Below are positions 21,621-32,556 of a stretch of 64,000 nucleotides of DNA, one piece after another (position 1 is the first letter of the stretch; every line of letters starts with the position of its first letter). Below the pieces are notes generated by a model. The model was not told the origin of the DNA and did not search any database. It worked only from the letters and a program-made list of their open reading frames with translations. The DNA is from Alphaproteobacteria bacterium (GTDB lineage: Bacteria > Pseudomonadota > Alphaproteobacteria > UBA828). The DNA lies in the NCBI GenBank assembly GCA_965237415.1, contig CBDEFM010000002.1, positions 2,016,001-2,080,000 on the forward strand, written 5' to 3'. The translations under genes were made by a program, and so were the position numbers.

Positions 21621-21649
21621 AATATAGGGAGTCGCGCCCCTTATGTCAA
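21621..21649 (-). promoter_or_regulatory. Sigma70-type transposase promoter
   Basis: Minus strand TTGACA-17 bp-TATATT, with the -35 inside the IR. Confidence 0.7.
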
Positions 21650-21950
21650 GGGGATAATCGCGTTTCCATTTGGTGGACATCCAACGTTTGGTCAATACAT
21701 CGAATGGGCACGCAGCTGTGGATGCAGCATTGAGCAAGGCTATACGAATGGTCCCGAGGGAGAGCCATATAGTGTGACAAAGATAACGTCGCCAGATGGA
21801 AGTCGCTGGCTGCACGACGTGGGAACACAGCACAGCGACTTTTTGGTTCCAACAACGATATCAAGGTTTGATCGTCGGCTCGGCCTTACTTCGCCATTTT
21901 TTGCCATCAACCCAGATACGGGAGAGACGACAGGCTCATAGTGATAGAGC

Positions 21951-23721
<1,771 letters not shown>

Positions 23722-23744
23722 GGACTGACCTTGCCGGCCGGGCT

Positions 23745-25538
23745 CTAGTAAACCCGGGCCTTGAGAGGAATGGTCTCGACCTCGTTGCTCAGCGTCTGCA
23801 TGTGCACCGGGCGGTAGTCGAGCCGGGGCGTGCCGTCGTCGTCGAGCCAGACGACGGTGTGCTTCAGCCACTTGTCGTCGTCGCGGTCAGGAAAGTCCTC
23901 GCGCGCATGGGCGCCGCGGCTTTCCTCGCGCTTGAGCGCCGAGTGCAGCGTGACGCTCGCCTGGCGCATCAGATTGTCGAGCTCGATGGTCTCGGCGAGG
24001 TCGGAGTTCCAGATGAGCGAGCGATCGGCGACGCCGATGTCGTTGCGGAACCCGTCCCAGACGCCGGCCAGCTTGCGCGCGCCCTCCTCCATGATCTCCT
24101 GGGTGCGGAAGACCCCTGCGTGCTCCTGCATGGTCCGCTGCATGTCGAGGCGGATGGCGGCCGTGGGCGTCGCGCCCTTGGCGTGGCGCAGCCCATCGAA
24201 CCAGGCGAGGCTCTTGTCGAGCACGCCGTTCCGCATCGGCTTGTGCGGCGCGCCGGCCTCGACGATCTCGGCGCAGCGCTGCGCCGCCGCATGGCCGAAG
24301 ACGACGAGGTCGAGCAGCGAGTTCGACCCCAGCCGGTTGGCGCCGTGCACCGAGACGCACGCTGCCTCCCCCACCGTCATCAGGCCGGGAACCACGGAAT
24401 TCGGGTCGCCGTCCCTCAGCGTCACCGTCTCGCCGGTGTAAACGCAGGGAATGCCGCCCATGTTGTAGTGGACGGTCGGGATCACCGGGATCGGCTCCTT
24501 GGAGGCATCGACCCCGGCGAAGATACGGGCTGTCTCGGTAATGCCCGGCAGCCGCTCGTTCAGGACCTCGGCGCTGAGATGGTCCATCTTCAGGTGCATA
24601 TGGTCCTTCTCAGGCCCGACACCGCGGCCTTCGCGGATCTCCATGGTGATCGCGCGGCTCACCACGTCGCGCGAGGCAAGGTCCTTGGCGTTGGGCGCAT
24701 AGCGCTCCATGAAGCGCTCGCCCTCGGAATTGATCAGGTAGCCGCCTTCGCCCCGCGCACCTTCGCTCATCAGGCAGCCGGAGCCGTAGATGCCGGTCGG
24801 GTGGAACTGCACGAACTCCATGTCCTGCAGCGGCAGCCCGGCCCGCAGCACCATGGCGTTGCCGTCGCCCGTGCAGGTGTGGGCCGAAGTCGCGGAGAAA
24901 AAAGCGCGCCCGTAGCCGCCTGTCGCCAGGATCACCATGTGTGCGCGGAAGAGGTGCAGCGTGCCGTCGTCGAGGTTCCAGGCGAGCACGCCCTGGCAGG
25001 CGCCCTCCTCGTCCATCACCAGGTCGAGGGCGAAATACTCGATGAAGAACGCCGCCTTGTGGCGGAGCGACTGCTGGTAAAGCGTGTGCAGGATGGCATG
25101 GCCGGTGCGGTCGGCGGCGGCGCAGGTGCGGTGCGCCTGCTTCTCGCCGTAGTTGAGGGACATACCGCCGAAGGCGCGCTGGTAGATCTTGCCGTCGGGC
25201 GTGCGCGAGAAGGGCACGCCGTAGTGCTCGAGCTCGATGACCGCCCTGGGTCCCTCCTTGCAGAGGTACTCGATCGCGTCCTGATCGCCGAGCCAGTCCG
25301 ACCCCTTGACGGTGTCGTACATGTGCCAGCGCCAGTCGTCCTCCTCCATGTTGCCGAGCGCCGCCGAAATGCCGCCCTGGGCGGCCACCGTATGGCTGCG
25401 GGTGGGGAAGAGCTTGCTGATGCAAGCGGTCTGCAGCCCGGCCTCGGCGAGGCCCAGAGTCGCGCGCAGGCCGGCGCCGCCGGCGCCCACCACCACCACG
25501 TCGTCGTGGTGCTCGGCAATCGGGTAGGCAACGGTCAT
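23745..25538 (-). CDS. sdhA: Succinate dehydrogenase flavoprotein subunit
   Basis: [16 protein letters not shown] (FAD-His), QFHPTG, HYNMGG, HGANRLG, ESRGAH. Confidence 0.98.
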   Translation of the reverse strand: MTVAYPIAEHHDDVVVVGAGGAGLRATLGLAEAGLQTACISKLFPTRSHTVAAQGGISAALGNMEEDDWRWHMYDTVKGSDWLGDQDAIEYLCKEGPRAVIELEHYGVPFSRTPDGKIYQRAFGGMSLNYGEKQAHRTCAAADRTGHAILHTLYQQSLRHKAAFFIEYFALDLVMDEEGACQGVLAWNLDDGTLHLFRAHMVILATGGYGRAFFSATSAHTCTGDGNAMVLRAGLPLQDMEFVQFHPTGIYGSGCLMSEGARGEGGYLINSEGERFMERYAPNAKDLASRDVVSRAITMEIREGRGVGPEKDHMHLKMDHLSAEVLNERLPGITETARIFAGVDASKEPIPVIPTVHYNMGGIPCVYTGETVTLRDGDPNSVVPGLMTVGEAACVSVHGANRLGSNSLLDLVVFGHAAAQRCAEIVEAGAPHKPMRNGVLDKSLAWFDGLRHAKGATPTAAIRLDMQRTMQEHAGVFRTQEIMEEGARKLAGVWDGFRNDIGVADRSLIWNSDLAETIELDNLMRQASVTLHSALKREESRGAHAREDFPDRDDDKWLKHTVVWLDDDGTPRLDYRPVHMQTLSNEVETIPLKARVY

Positions 25539-25542
25539 GCGC

Positions 25543-25926
25543 TCACCCTCCCACCGCGATCACGATCACGGAATAGAGCGCGGTGAGGCCGAGCAGGAGG
25601 CACAGCAGCGTGTTGAGGATCAGCAGCACCCACTTGCACTTGCCGTGCACATAGTCCTCGATCACCACCTGAAGGCCGAGCTTCAGGTGATAGAAGGTGG
25701 CGCCGAGGAAGAGCAGCATCAGCACAGCCGCGACCGGGCCGGAGAGCCAGTCGACGAAGGCGTCGCGATCCGCGCCGCCCGCCACGATCGACCAGAGCGA
25801 GCCCACGAACCAGAGCGAGAGCGGCACCAGCAGGATCGCCGTCAGCCGCTGCCACCACCAGTGGTTGACCCCCTCTTTCGCGGAGCCCAGATGGCGCACC
25901 TTGGCGAGCGGTGTCTGCAATGCCAT
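25543..25926 (-). CDS. sdhD: Succinate dehydrogenase hydrophobic anchor
   Basis: [28 protein letters not shown]. Confidence 0.95.
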   Translation of the reverse strand: MALQTPLAKVRHLGSAKEGVNHWWWQRLTAILLVPLSLWFVGSLWSIVAGGADRDAFVDWLSGPVAAVLMLLFLGATFYHLKLGLQVVIEDYVHGKCKWVLLILNTLLCLLLGLTALYSVIVIAVGG

Positions 25927-25934
25927 GGCGCCCC

Positions 25935-26351
25935 TCAGCCGGCGAGGTTGCAGGCGAGGCCGAGGCCCCAGGAGAGCCCGGTCAGAACGAACGAGGCCAC
26001 GACCACAGCGGTGCCCGAGGCGTAGGTCTGGCGGAGCGAGAGGCACAGGCCGGCATCCCAGAACAGGTGCCGGATGCCGTTGCACAGGTGATAGAAGAGG
26101 CACCAGGACCAGGCCGCCAGCAGCGCGTAGCCGAGCCACGACGTCAGGAACCACTCGGTCCAGGCGTAGTAGCGCTCGCCTGCGGCGGCGGTCAGCAGCC
26201 AGGCGCACAGCATCGCCGCGCCGGACGCCAGAATCACGCCGGTCATGCGGTGCAGGATGGAGAGCACCGAGGTGAGCTGCGGGCGATAGATGGTGAGGTG
26301 GGGCGAGATCGGTCGCGCGCGAACGCCGCTGCCGCTCGATTGCTCTGCCAC
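25935..26351 (-). CDS. sdhC: Succinate dehydrogenase cytochrome b556 subunit
   Basis: RPISPHLTIY, SILHRMTG, H..NGIRHL.WD; GTG start with GAGGTG upstream. Confidence 0.95.
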   Translation of the reverse strand: MAEQSSGSGVRARPISPHLTIYRPQLTSVLSILHRMTGVILASGAAMLCAWLLTAAAGERYYAWTEWFLTSWLGYALLAAWSWCLFYHLCNGIRHLFWDAGLCLSLRQTYASGTAVVVASFVLTGLSWGLGLACNLAG

Positions 26352-26508
26352 GAATTCACCTCTGAGATCCGGCCCTTGGACGGGCCGCGCCACCATCCGC
26401 GATTTAGCCCCGGAGGCGGAACCGAGTCAACATGGGCGCGCGACGCTGCCGGCCAGCGACCCCCCTGCTCCTTGCGTAGGCGGTCCGACGGGATACTCTG
26501 CAGGGCCC

Positions 26509-27192
26509 ATGAAGAAGGCCCAGGTCACCGAGTTCTTCGAGCGGCTTGCTGCGCATATCGAAGCGCCGACCACCGAGCTCGACTACCGCAACCCCTATAC
26601 GCTTCTGGTCGCCGTGGTCCTCTCCGCGCAGGCGACCGACAAGGGCGTCAACAAGGCGACCAAGGCGCTCTTCGCCGAGGTCGAGACGCCGGCCGCAATG
26701 CTCACGCTCGGCGAGGCGCGGCTCAAGGAGCACATCAAGACCATCGGTCTCTTCAATACGAAGGCCAAGAACGTGATCGCGCTCAGCCGGGCGCTGGTCG
26801 AGGAGCATGGCGGCGAGGTGCCGAACGATCGGGCGGCGCTCGAGGCGCTTCCCGGAGTCGGCCGCAAGACCGCGAACGTGGTGCTCAACACGGTCTTCGG
26901 CGAGCCTACCATCGCCGTCGACACCCACATCTTCCGGCTCGCGAACCGCAGCGGCCTCGCGCCCGGAAAGACGCCCCGCGCAGTCGAAGACGGCCTCAAC
27001 CGCATCGTGCCCGAGCGCTTCAAGCAGCACGCGCATCATTGGTTGATCCTGCACGGCCGCTATGTCTGCAAGGCAAGGACGCCGGATTGCCCGGCCTGTG
27101 CCGTCCGCGATCTATGCCGCTACAAGGCCAAGACGACCGCGGAGGCCGCCCCGCCGTCACGGGGCGGAAGAAAGAAAGCGAAACCGGGCTAA
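26509..27192 (+). CDS. nth: Endonuclease III
   Basis: LSAQATD, HhH LPGVGRKTANV, VDTH, C-x6-C-x2-C-x5-C FeS motif. Confidence 0.96.
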   Translation: MKKAQVTEFFERLAAHIEAPTTELDYRNPYTLLVAVVLSAQATDKGVNKATKALFAEVETPAAMLTLGEARLKEHIKTIGLFNTKAKNVIALSRALVEEHGGEVPNDRAALEALPGVGRKTANVVLNTVFGEPTIAVDTHIFRLANRSGLAPGKTPRAVEDGLNRIVPERFKQHAHHWLILHGRYVCKARTPDCPACAVRDLCRYKAKTTAEAAPPSRGGRKKAKPG

Positions 27193-27221
27193 CTGGTGCC
27201 GGAGCGGCCGCGGCGGGCGGT

Positions 27222-27815
27222 TTAGTCCCCCTGCGACGCCGCCTGCGCTTCTTCTGCAGGAGGCAGCGCGACCGGCTGCAGATCGGCTTCCCGATCCGCC
27301 GGATCGTACTCGGACTTCCCTTCGATGCGCCCGCCCCGCTCGACCTCGAGTTGGCCGTAGCGGATGATCCCGGAAACGCGGCCCGACGCCCTGATGAAGA
27401 GCCGCTTCTTCACCTTGAGCTCGCCCTCGAACGACCCGGCGATGTCGGCATTGTCCACCGTCCCGGTGCCCTTGAAGGTGCCGCCCTTCACGATCTCGAG
27501 CAGGCGCCCGTCCGGCATCGAGGCTTCGACCGTTCCCTCGACAGTCAGACGCTCGCAATCGAGGACAGTGCCGCCGCTGATGGTCGTTTCCCGCCCGACA
27601 GTGAGCCGCTTGGGGTCGCTCTCAACGCGCCCAGGCGCATCGGCCGGCATGGGGTCGGGGGGCGCGCCGCGAGGAACATCCGGGTGGAAGACGACGGTCT
27701 TGTTCGGCACCCCGCGCCGCGTCGATTCGACGACAACGGACGGCGCGCCGCGTTCCTCCCCGCCGTCCAGACTCCGACCTTCCTCTTCCTGGTCCCCGCT
27801 CTTGCGCCGGAACAT
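27222..27815 (-). CDS. Bactofilin (polymer-forming cytoskeletal protein)
   Basis: LTVGRETTISG...CERLTVEGTVEA...ADIAGSFEGEL.V...I.YG.LEVE.GG.I.G beta-helix; MFRRK N-terminus. Confidence 0.88.
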   Translation of the reverse strand: MFRRKSGDQEEEGRSLDGGEERGAPSVVVESTRRGVPNKTVVFHPDVPRGAPPDPMPADAPGRVESDPKRLTVGRETTISGGTVLDCERLTVEGTVEASMPDGRLLEIVKGGTFKGTGTVDNADIAGSFEGELKVKKRLFIRASGRVSGIIRYGQLEVERGGRIEGKSEYDPADREADLQPVALPPAEEAQAASQGD

Positions 27816-28107
27816 ATCTTCCTCCGCCGTTTGATCGCGGCAGCGCTGCCGGACCGCTCCGCTCTTCTGGCGCGCCGTCCTCGCCGGCCGTGGCGGCCGC
27901 TCTGGCGGACACGGCGGGCGGTGCTGGCTGGTCCGGGGCCGGTCCCCGACAGTAAAGCGAGACCCACGCCTAAGCAAACAAATTGGGCCCCCTCCTGCTG
28001 GAACACCGGCACGCCCCGTGCCACCATGCGCGGCCCTTGAGCGCCGGTTTCCGCCAGGACGGGCGCAGGGCACAGCACGAACTGCTCTCTACGTTTGGAA
28101 TGACGGC

Positions 28108-28887
28108 ATGGCAGCTAAGCGCCAGCAATCCAGCACGGCCCAGCCCGGCGAGCGCATTGCCAAGCGGATCGCGCGGGCCGGGCTCTGCTCACGCCGCGAC
28201 GCCGAGCGTCTGATCGCCGCCGGCCGGGTGGCCTTGGGCGGCAAGATCGTGCGGGATCCGGCAATCAACGTCGATGACGCGAGCATCGTCACCGTGGATG
28301 GCGCGCCGCTCCCGGCCGAGGCCCCGACCCGGCTCTGGCGCTATCACAAGCCGCCGGGTCTCATCACCAGCCATCGGGATCCGCAAGGGCGGCCCACTGT
28401 GTTCGAAAAGGTGGCGGAGCGCCTCGGCTATGTCGTCTCGGCGGGGCGGCTTGACTTCAACTCCGAGGGGCTGCTGCTGCTGACCAACGACGGGGCGCTC
28501 GCGCGCGAGCTCGAGCACCCGTCGCGCGGCTGGCGGCGGCGCTATCGGGTCCGGGTGCACGGCGCGCCCGACGAGGGTGCGCTCTCCGCCCTTGGGCAGG
28601 GCATCACTGTGGACGGTGTCCGCTACGGGCCGATCCAGGCGGAGCTCGATCGGCAAAACCGGCAGAATGCCTGGCTTACCCTCTCGCTCACCGAGGGCCG
28701 CTACCGGGAGATCCGCATCATTCTGGCGCATCTCGGCCTCTCCGTGAACCGTTTGATCCGCACGGCCTACGGGCCCTTCCAGCTCGGCGGACTGCCGCGC
28801 GGGGAGATCGCCGAAATACCGCCGCGCGTGCTGCGCGAGCAGCTCGGCGGCAAGGAGCGCCGGGCACGTGCGAATCGTCGGCGGTAG
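28108..28887 (+). CDS. RsuA/RluB-family rRNA pseudouridine synthase
   Basis: S4 domain ERIAKRIARAGLCSRR, YHKP.G, GRLDFNSEGLLLLTNDG. Confidence 0.93.
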   Translation: MAAKRQQSSTAQPGERIAKRIARAGLCSRRDAERLIAAGRVALGGKIVRDPAINVDDASIVTVDGAPLPAEAPTRLWRYHKPPGLITSHRDPQGRPTVFEKVAERLGYVVSAGRLDFNSEGLLLLTNDGALARELEHPSRGWRRRYRVRVHGAPDEGALSALGQGITVDGVRYGPIQAELDRQNRQNAWLTLSLTEGRYREIRIILAHLGLSVNRLIRTAYGPFQLGGLPRGEIAEIPPRVLREQLGGKERRARANRRR

Positions 28888-29431
28888 CCTGCGCGGCCGG
28901 CGCCTGCGCCCGCCCGCAGGCGCGCGCGTGCGACCCACCGCTGAGCGAGCGCGGGAGGCCCTGTTCGACATCCTCATCCATGGCGGCATGTCGGCGCCCC
29001 TGGAAGGTGCCCTGGTCGTCGATCTGTTCGCCGGCACCGGCGCCCTCGGCCTGGAGGCGCTCTCCCGCCGTGCGGCACACCTCACCGCCGTCGAGAGCGA
29101 AGCCGACGTGCGCGGGGTGCTCCGCGCCAATATCGAGGCCCTGGGCTGCACCGACCGGGCGACGGTCATCGCCGCCGACGCGACCCGCTTACCGCCTGCG
29201 CTCGGGGTTTGCGATCTGGCGCTGCTGGACCCGCCCTACCGTGCCGGCCTCACGACATTGGCGCTCGACGCCCTCGTGGACGGCGGTTGGCTGACCGATG
29301 CGGCGACCGTCGTGGTCGAGCACGCGATGGACGACCCCTTCGAGCCACCGGCGGCACTCACGGTGCGGGACCGCCGCCGCTACGGAAAGACCGGCCTCAC
29401 CTTCCTCTCGTGCGGGCCAACTCCGGGCTAG
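28868..29431 (+). CDS. rsmD: 16S rRNA m2G966 methyltransferase
   Basis: MRIVGG..RGR, RPT..R.REALF, DLFAGTGALGLEALSR, DPPY. Confidence 0.93.
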   Translation: MRIVGGSLRGRRLRPPAGARVRPTAERAREALFDILIHGGMSAPLEGALVVDLFAGTGALGLEALSRRAAHLTAVESEADVRGVLRANIEALGCTDRATVIAADATRLPPALGVCDLALLDPPYRAGLTTLALDALVDGGWLTDAATVVVEHAMDDPFEPPAALTVRDRRRYGKTGLTFLSCGPTPG

Positions 29432-31308
29432 CCCGGCCCGGCTCGTTCGAGCGCCTCGGCCGCGGCGAGCCAATCGCCCTCGGCCGCCGCCTCCTCCCGT
29501 TTCGCCTCCGCCAGTTCCTTGCCCAAGGCGGCGATCTGCGGGGCGTCGTTCTCGCGGGCGGCGGAGGCAAGAGCCGTCTGGAGGGCCTGCTGCGCTTCCT
29601 GGGCGCGTGCGAGCCGTTGCTCTGCCGCGGCGACGGCATCCTTGAGGGGTTTGCGCTCGGCACGCGCCGCTGCCGCCGCCTGCCGCGCGGCCTTGCGCTT
29701 AGGCGACGGGCGGGTCTCGCGGGTGTCGCCGTTCTCGCGCCGCGCACCGACGCTGCCAAGGATCTCGGCGCGATAATCGGCGAGATCGCCGTCGTAGGGC
29801 CGCACCGTGCCGCCCTGCACGAGCCACAATCGATCGGCCACAAGCTGAACGAGATGCATGTCGTGCGTGATCAGGACGACCGCGCCGTCGTAAACATCGA
29901 GCGCCTCGACCAGCGCGCGCCGGCTCTGGATGTCGAGATGGTTGGTCGGCTCGTCGAGCACCAGCAACTGCGGCGCTTGGCTGGAGATGAGCGCAAAGTT
30001 GAGCCGCGCCTTCTCCCCGCCCGAAAGCGCTGCAACCGCCACATCCGCCTTCTCCCCGCCGAAGCCGAAGGCGCCGAGGCGCGCGCGGATGCGATCGGGT
30101 GCGGCGTTGGGCATGAGGCGCGCCAGGTGGCTGAACGCCGTGCCCGCCGGCTCCAGCATGTCGATCTGATGCTGCGCGAAATAGCCGACCGCGAGCTTGG
30201 GCACCCGTGTCACGGTGCCCCGCTCCAGCGGCAGCAGGTCCGCCAACAGCTTGGCGAAGGTGGACTTGCCGTTGCCGTTTGCGCCGAGGAGCGCAACCCG
30301 TTCGCCTGGGTCGATCCGCAGGTCTAAGCCGCGCAGCACAGGACGGCCCGGCTCATAGCCGACGGCGACGTCCGCAAGGCTCATCAACGGCGGCGCGAGT
30401 GTGGCGGGTTCGGGGAACGTCAGGTCGGGCGTCCGCTCATCGGCCGCAACCGGCTCGTCGGCGAGCTTCGCGAGTGCCTTGATGCGGCTCTGGGCCTGAC
30501 GGGCCTTGCTCGCGTTGTAGCGGAAGCGGTCGACGAAGCCCTGGAGCTGGCGCCGCTTCGCGTCGATGCGTGCCTGGCGCGCCTTTGCCGCGGCGACGCT
30601 CTCGGCATGGGCTTTCGCGAAGCGCGTGTAGTTGCCGGGGTAGAGGGTGAGGCCCCCGCCCGCCATATGCAGGATGCCGTCCGGCACGGCATCGAGCAGG
30701 GTGCGGTCATGGCTCACGACGACGAGCGACCGGGGATAGCGCTTCAGATGCGATTCCAGCCATGCGGCCGCCTCGAGATCGAGGTGGTTGGTCGGCTCGT
30801 CCAGCAGCAGCAGGTCGGGCTCGACGAAGAGCGCGGCAGCGAGCGCGACCCGCATGCGCCAACCGCCGGAGAGATCCGCGAGCGGCACCTGTTGCATCGC
30901 CTCGTCGATGCCGAGGCCGGCGAGAAGGCGCGCGGCGCGCGCCGGTGCTGCGTGCGCGCCGATCTCCGCGAGACGGACCTCGATCTCGGCGCGGCGCGCG
31001 CCACAGGCGCCCTCCGTCTCGGCGATCAGGCCTGCGCGTTCCTCGTGCGCGACGAGCACGGCGGCGCGCGGCGTCATCGGGCCGCCGGGCACCTCTTGGT
31101 CGACCAACCTGACGGATAGGCCGCGGGCGCGGACGATCGCGCCTTCATCGGGGTCGAGCCGGCTTGCAATGAGGCGAAGCAGGGTCGTCTTGCCGCAGCC
31201 ATTGCGCCCCACCAGCCCGCGCCTCTGGCGTGCGCCGATTTGCGCGGTCACGCCCTCGAACAGAAGGCGCCCCTCAACGCGGTAAGCGATGTTCTGAATG
31301 GTCAGCAT
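29428..31308 (-). CDS. ABC-F family ATPase (YheS-like)
   Basis: Two ABC domains (GRNGCGKT, LSGGWRMR, LDEPTNHLD; GANGNGKS, LSGGEKAR), no TM segments, coiled-coil tail. Confidence 0.93.
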   Translation of the reverse strand: MLTIQNIAYRVEGRLLFEGVTAQIGARQRRGLVGRNGCGKTTLLRLIASRLDPDEGAIVRARGLSVRLVDQEVPGGPMTPRAAVLVAHEERAGLIAETEGACGARRAEIEVRLAEIGAHAAPARAARLLAGLGIDEAMQQVPLADLSGGWRMRVALAAALFVEPDLLLLDEPTNHLDLEAAAWLESHLKRYPRSLVVVSHDRTLLDAVPDGILHMAGGGLTLYPGNYTRFAKAHAESVAAAKARQARIDAKRRQLQGFVDRFRYNASKARQAQSRIKALAKLADEPVAADERTPDLTFPEPATLAPPLMSLADVAVGYEPGRPVLRGLDLRIDPGERVALLGANGNGKSTFAKLLADLLPLERGTVTRVPKLAVGYFAQHQIDMLEPAGTAFSHLARLMPNAAPDRIRARLGAFGFGGEKADVAVAALSGGEKARLNFALISSQAPQLLVLDEPTNHLDIQSRRALVEALDVYDGAVVLITHDMHLVQLVADRLWLVQGGTVRPYDGDLADYRAEILGSVGARRENGDTRETRPSPKRKAARQAAAAARAERKPLKDAVAAAEQRLARAQEAQQALQTALASAARENDAPQIAALGKELAEAKREEAAAEGDWLAAAEALERAGPG

Positions 31309-31444
31309 GGGTGCCCAGATATCTGCGTCGTCAGTGCCCGCGACGCAAGGCCCGACGGGGCATCGCGCGCCTGCGCGCGTAGACGCGCGACGCCGCCCGA
31401 TGTGCGACAATGGCAGCCGACACAGGGATGAGGGGGAACGCTAC

Positions 31445-31777
31445 ATGCTGATTGTCGCTGTCGTTTTCGAGTTCGTGCCCGGCGGGTTCGACCGCATCAA
31501 GGCGGAGGTTCTCGATGCCATCGAGAATTCGCGCAAGGAACCGGGCGCCCAAATTTATGACTGGGCCATCGACGTCACCGCGCCCAACCGGGCCATCATC
31601 TTCGAGGTGTGGGACGATCAGGCCGCCCTCGATGCGCATTTCACCCATCCCTACATGGATACCCTCGTCGCGGCGCTCAGCGCGGCCAACATCCGCGGCG
31701 ATATCACCCATTACTCGGCGGAGATTTATGATGTGAGCGGCAAGCGCGACATGGGCTTCCGGCTGCCGACCGAATAG
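31445..31777 (+). CDS. Antibiotic biosynthesis monooxygenase (ABM) family protein
   Basis: SRKEPG..YD, FEVW.D.AALDAHF..P motif. Confidence 0.85.
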   Translation: MLIVAVVFEFVPGGFDRIKAEVLDAIENSRKEPGAQIYDWAIDVTAPNRAIIFEVWDDQAALDAHFTHPYMDTLVAALSAANIRGDITHYSAEIYDVSGKRDMGFRLPTE

Positions 31778-31809
31778 GACCGAATAGGCCTCGTCGAAGG
31801 CAGATCGCC

Positions 31810-32223
31810 ATGAGTGCCGGCCCCATCGCGCCGCCCTTCGACGAGGGCGATGCCCGCGCCATCGTCCAGGCGTTCGAGGAAGCGTGGAACCGCAGGGTCG
31901 CGGAAGAGATTCCCGAGACCTGCACGCCGGATACGCGCTGGCGCTATCGCGATGCGTTCGTCGAAGGACGGGACAATATCGTGCCGTTCCTGCGCGCGCG
32001 CTGGCCCGTTCAGGAGCACTATCGGCTCAAGAAGGAACTCTGGAGCTTCACGGCAAACCGCATTTCGGTGCGCTTCATCAGCGAGTGGCGCCACCGCGAC
32101 ACCGGCCAGTGGTACCGGACATTCGGCAACGAGCACTGGGAGTTCGCGCCCGACGGGTTGCAGAGCGTGCTCGATGTCTCCGCCAACGACATCCCGATGG
32201 ACGAGTCAGAGCGTAGCCTCTAG
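31810..32223 (+). CDS. DUF1348/SnoaL-like NTF2-fold protein
   Basis: PPF, AWN, Y.LKKELW, RISVRF..EW, WYR..GNE.WEF. Confidence 0.85.
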   Translation: MSAGPIAPPFDEGDARAIVQAFEEAWNRRVAEEIPETCTPDTRWRYRDAFVEGRDNIVPFLRARWPVQEHYRLKKELWSFTANRISVRFISEWRHRDTGQWYRTFGNEHWEFAPDGLQSVLDVSANDIPMDESERSL

Positions 32224-32440
32224 CCCGGAATTTTCATTGCGGTTGTGGGCCGCACGGCGCTATCGGGCCGGGACGTGAGGGCGACGTTGGCCCGCTCCCC
32301 ACACCCGCCTCCCCGGACCATGGTGCGCTGTGCGATGCGCGGCTCCCGCGCCAGGATGGCGCCATGCAGGGGGAGAGCGAACGGGCCACGGCAGGCGGGA
32401 TGGGCGGGCGCTCGCCGGCAATGCGACGGGCGGCCGCTTG

Positions 32441-32499
32441 TCCCACGGAATCCCACTTATCCCACTTAATCCCACTTTATCCCGCCGAATCCCGCCAAG
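32441..32499. repeat. Six-unit degenerate tandem repeat, about 10-bp period, core TCCC(A/G)C
   Basis: tcccacggaa/tcccactta/tcccacttaa/tcccacttta/tcccgccgaa/tcccgccaag starting at 32441, 32451, 32460, 32470, 32480, 32490. Confidence 0.85.
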
Positions 32500-32556
32500 A
32501 AATTAAGTTCTCGGCCTGCGACGCAAGCCGCGATCACGGTGAGACGTGCAGGCCAA

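Larger units (their letters stand above)
20116..21662 (-). mobile_element. IS1595-family element with passenger genes, 1547 bp
   Basis: 23-bp terminal IRs (cgtgattatccccttgacataag 20116-20138; 21640-21662, one mismatch) flanked by 8-bp direct repeat TTTCCATT (20108-20115, 21663-21670). Confidence 0.95.
20102..21941 (+). pseudogene. Small gene (about 94 aa, weakly HicA-like) interrupted by the IS1595 element
   Basis: ATG 20102 with GAGGG upstream; removing the IS and one TTTCCATT copy gives an open frame MAFPFGGHPTFGQYIEWARSCGC...LVPTTISRFDRRLGL...*. Confidence 0.75.

Noticed and set aside
32441-32499. Possible CRISPR array
   Set aside because: Units are about 10 bp with no spacers, and no cas genes are in the window.
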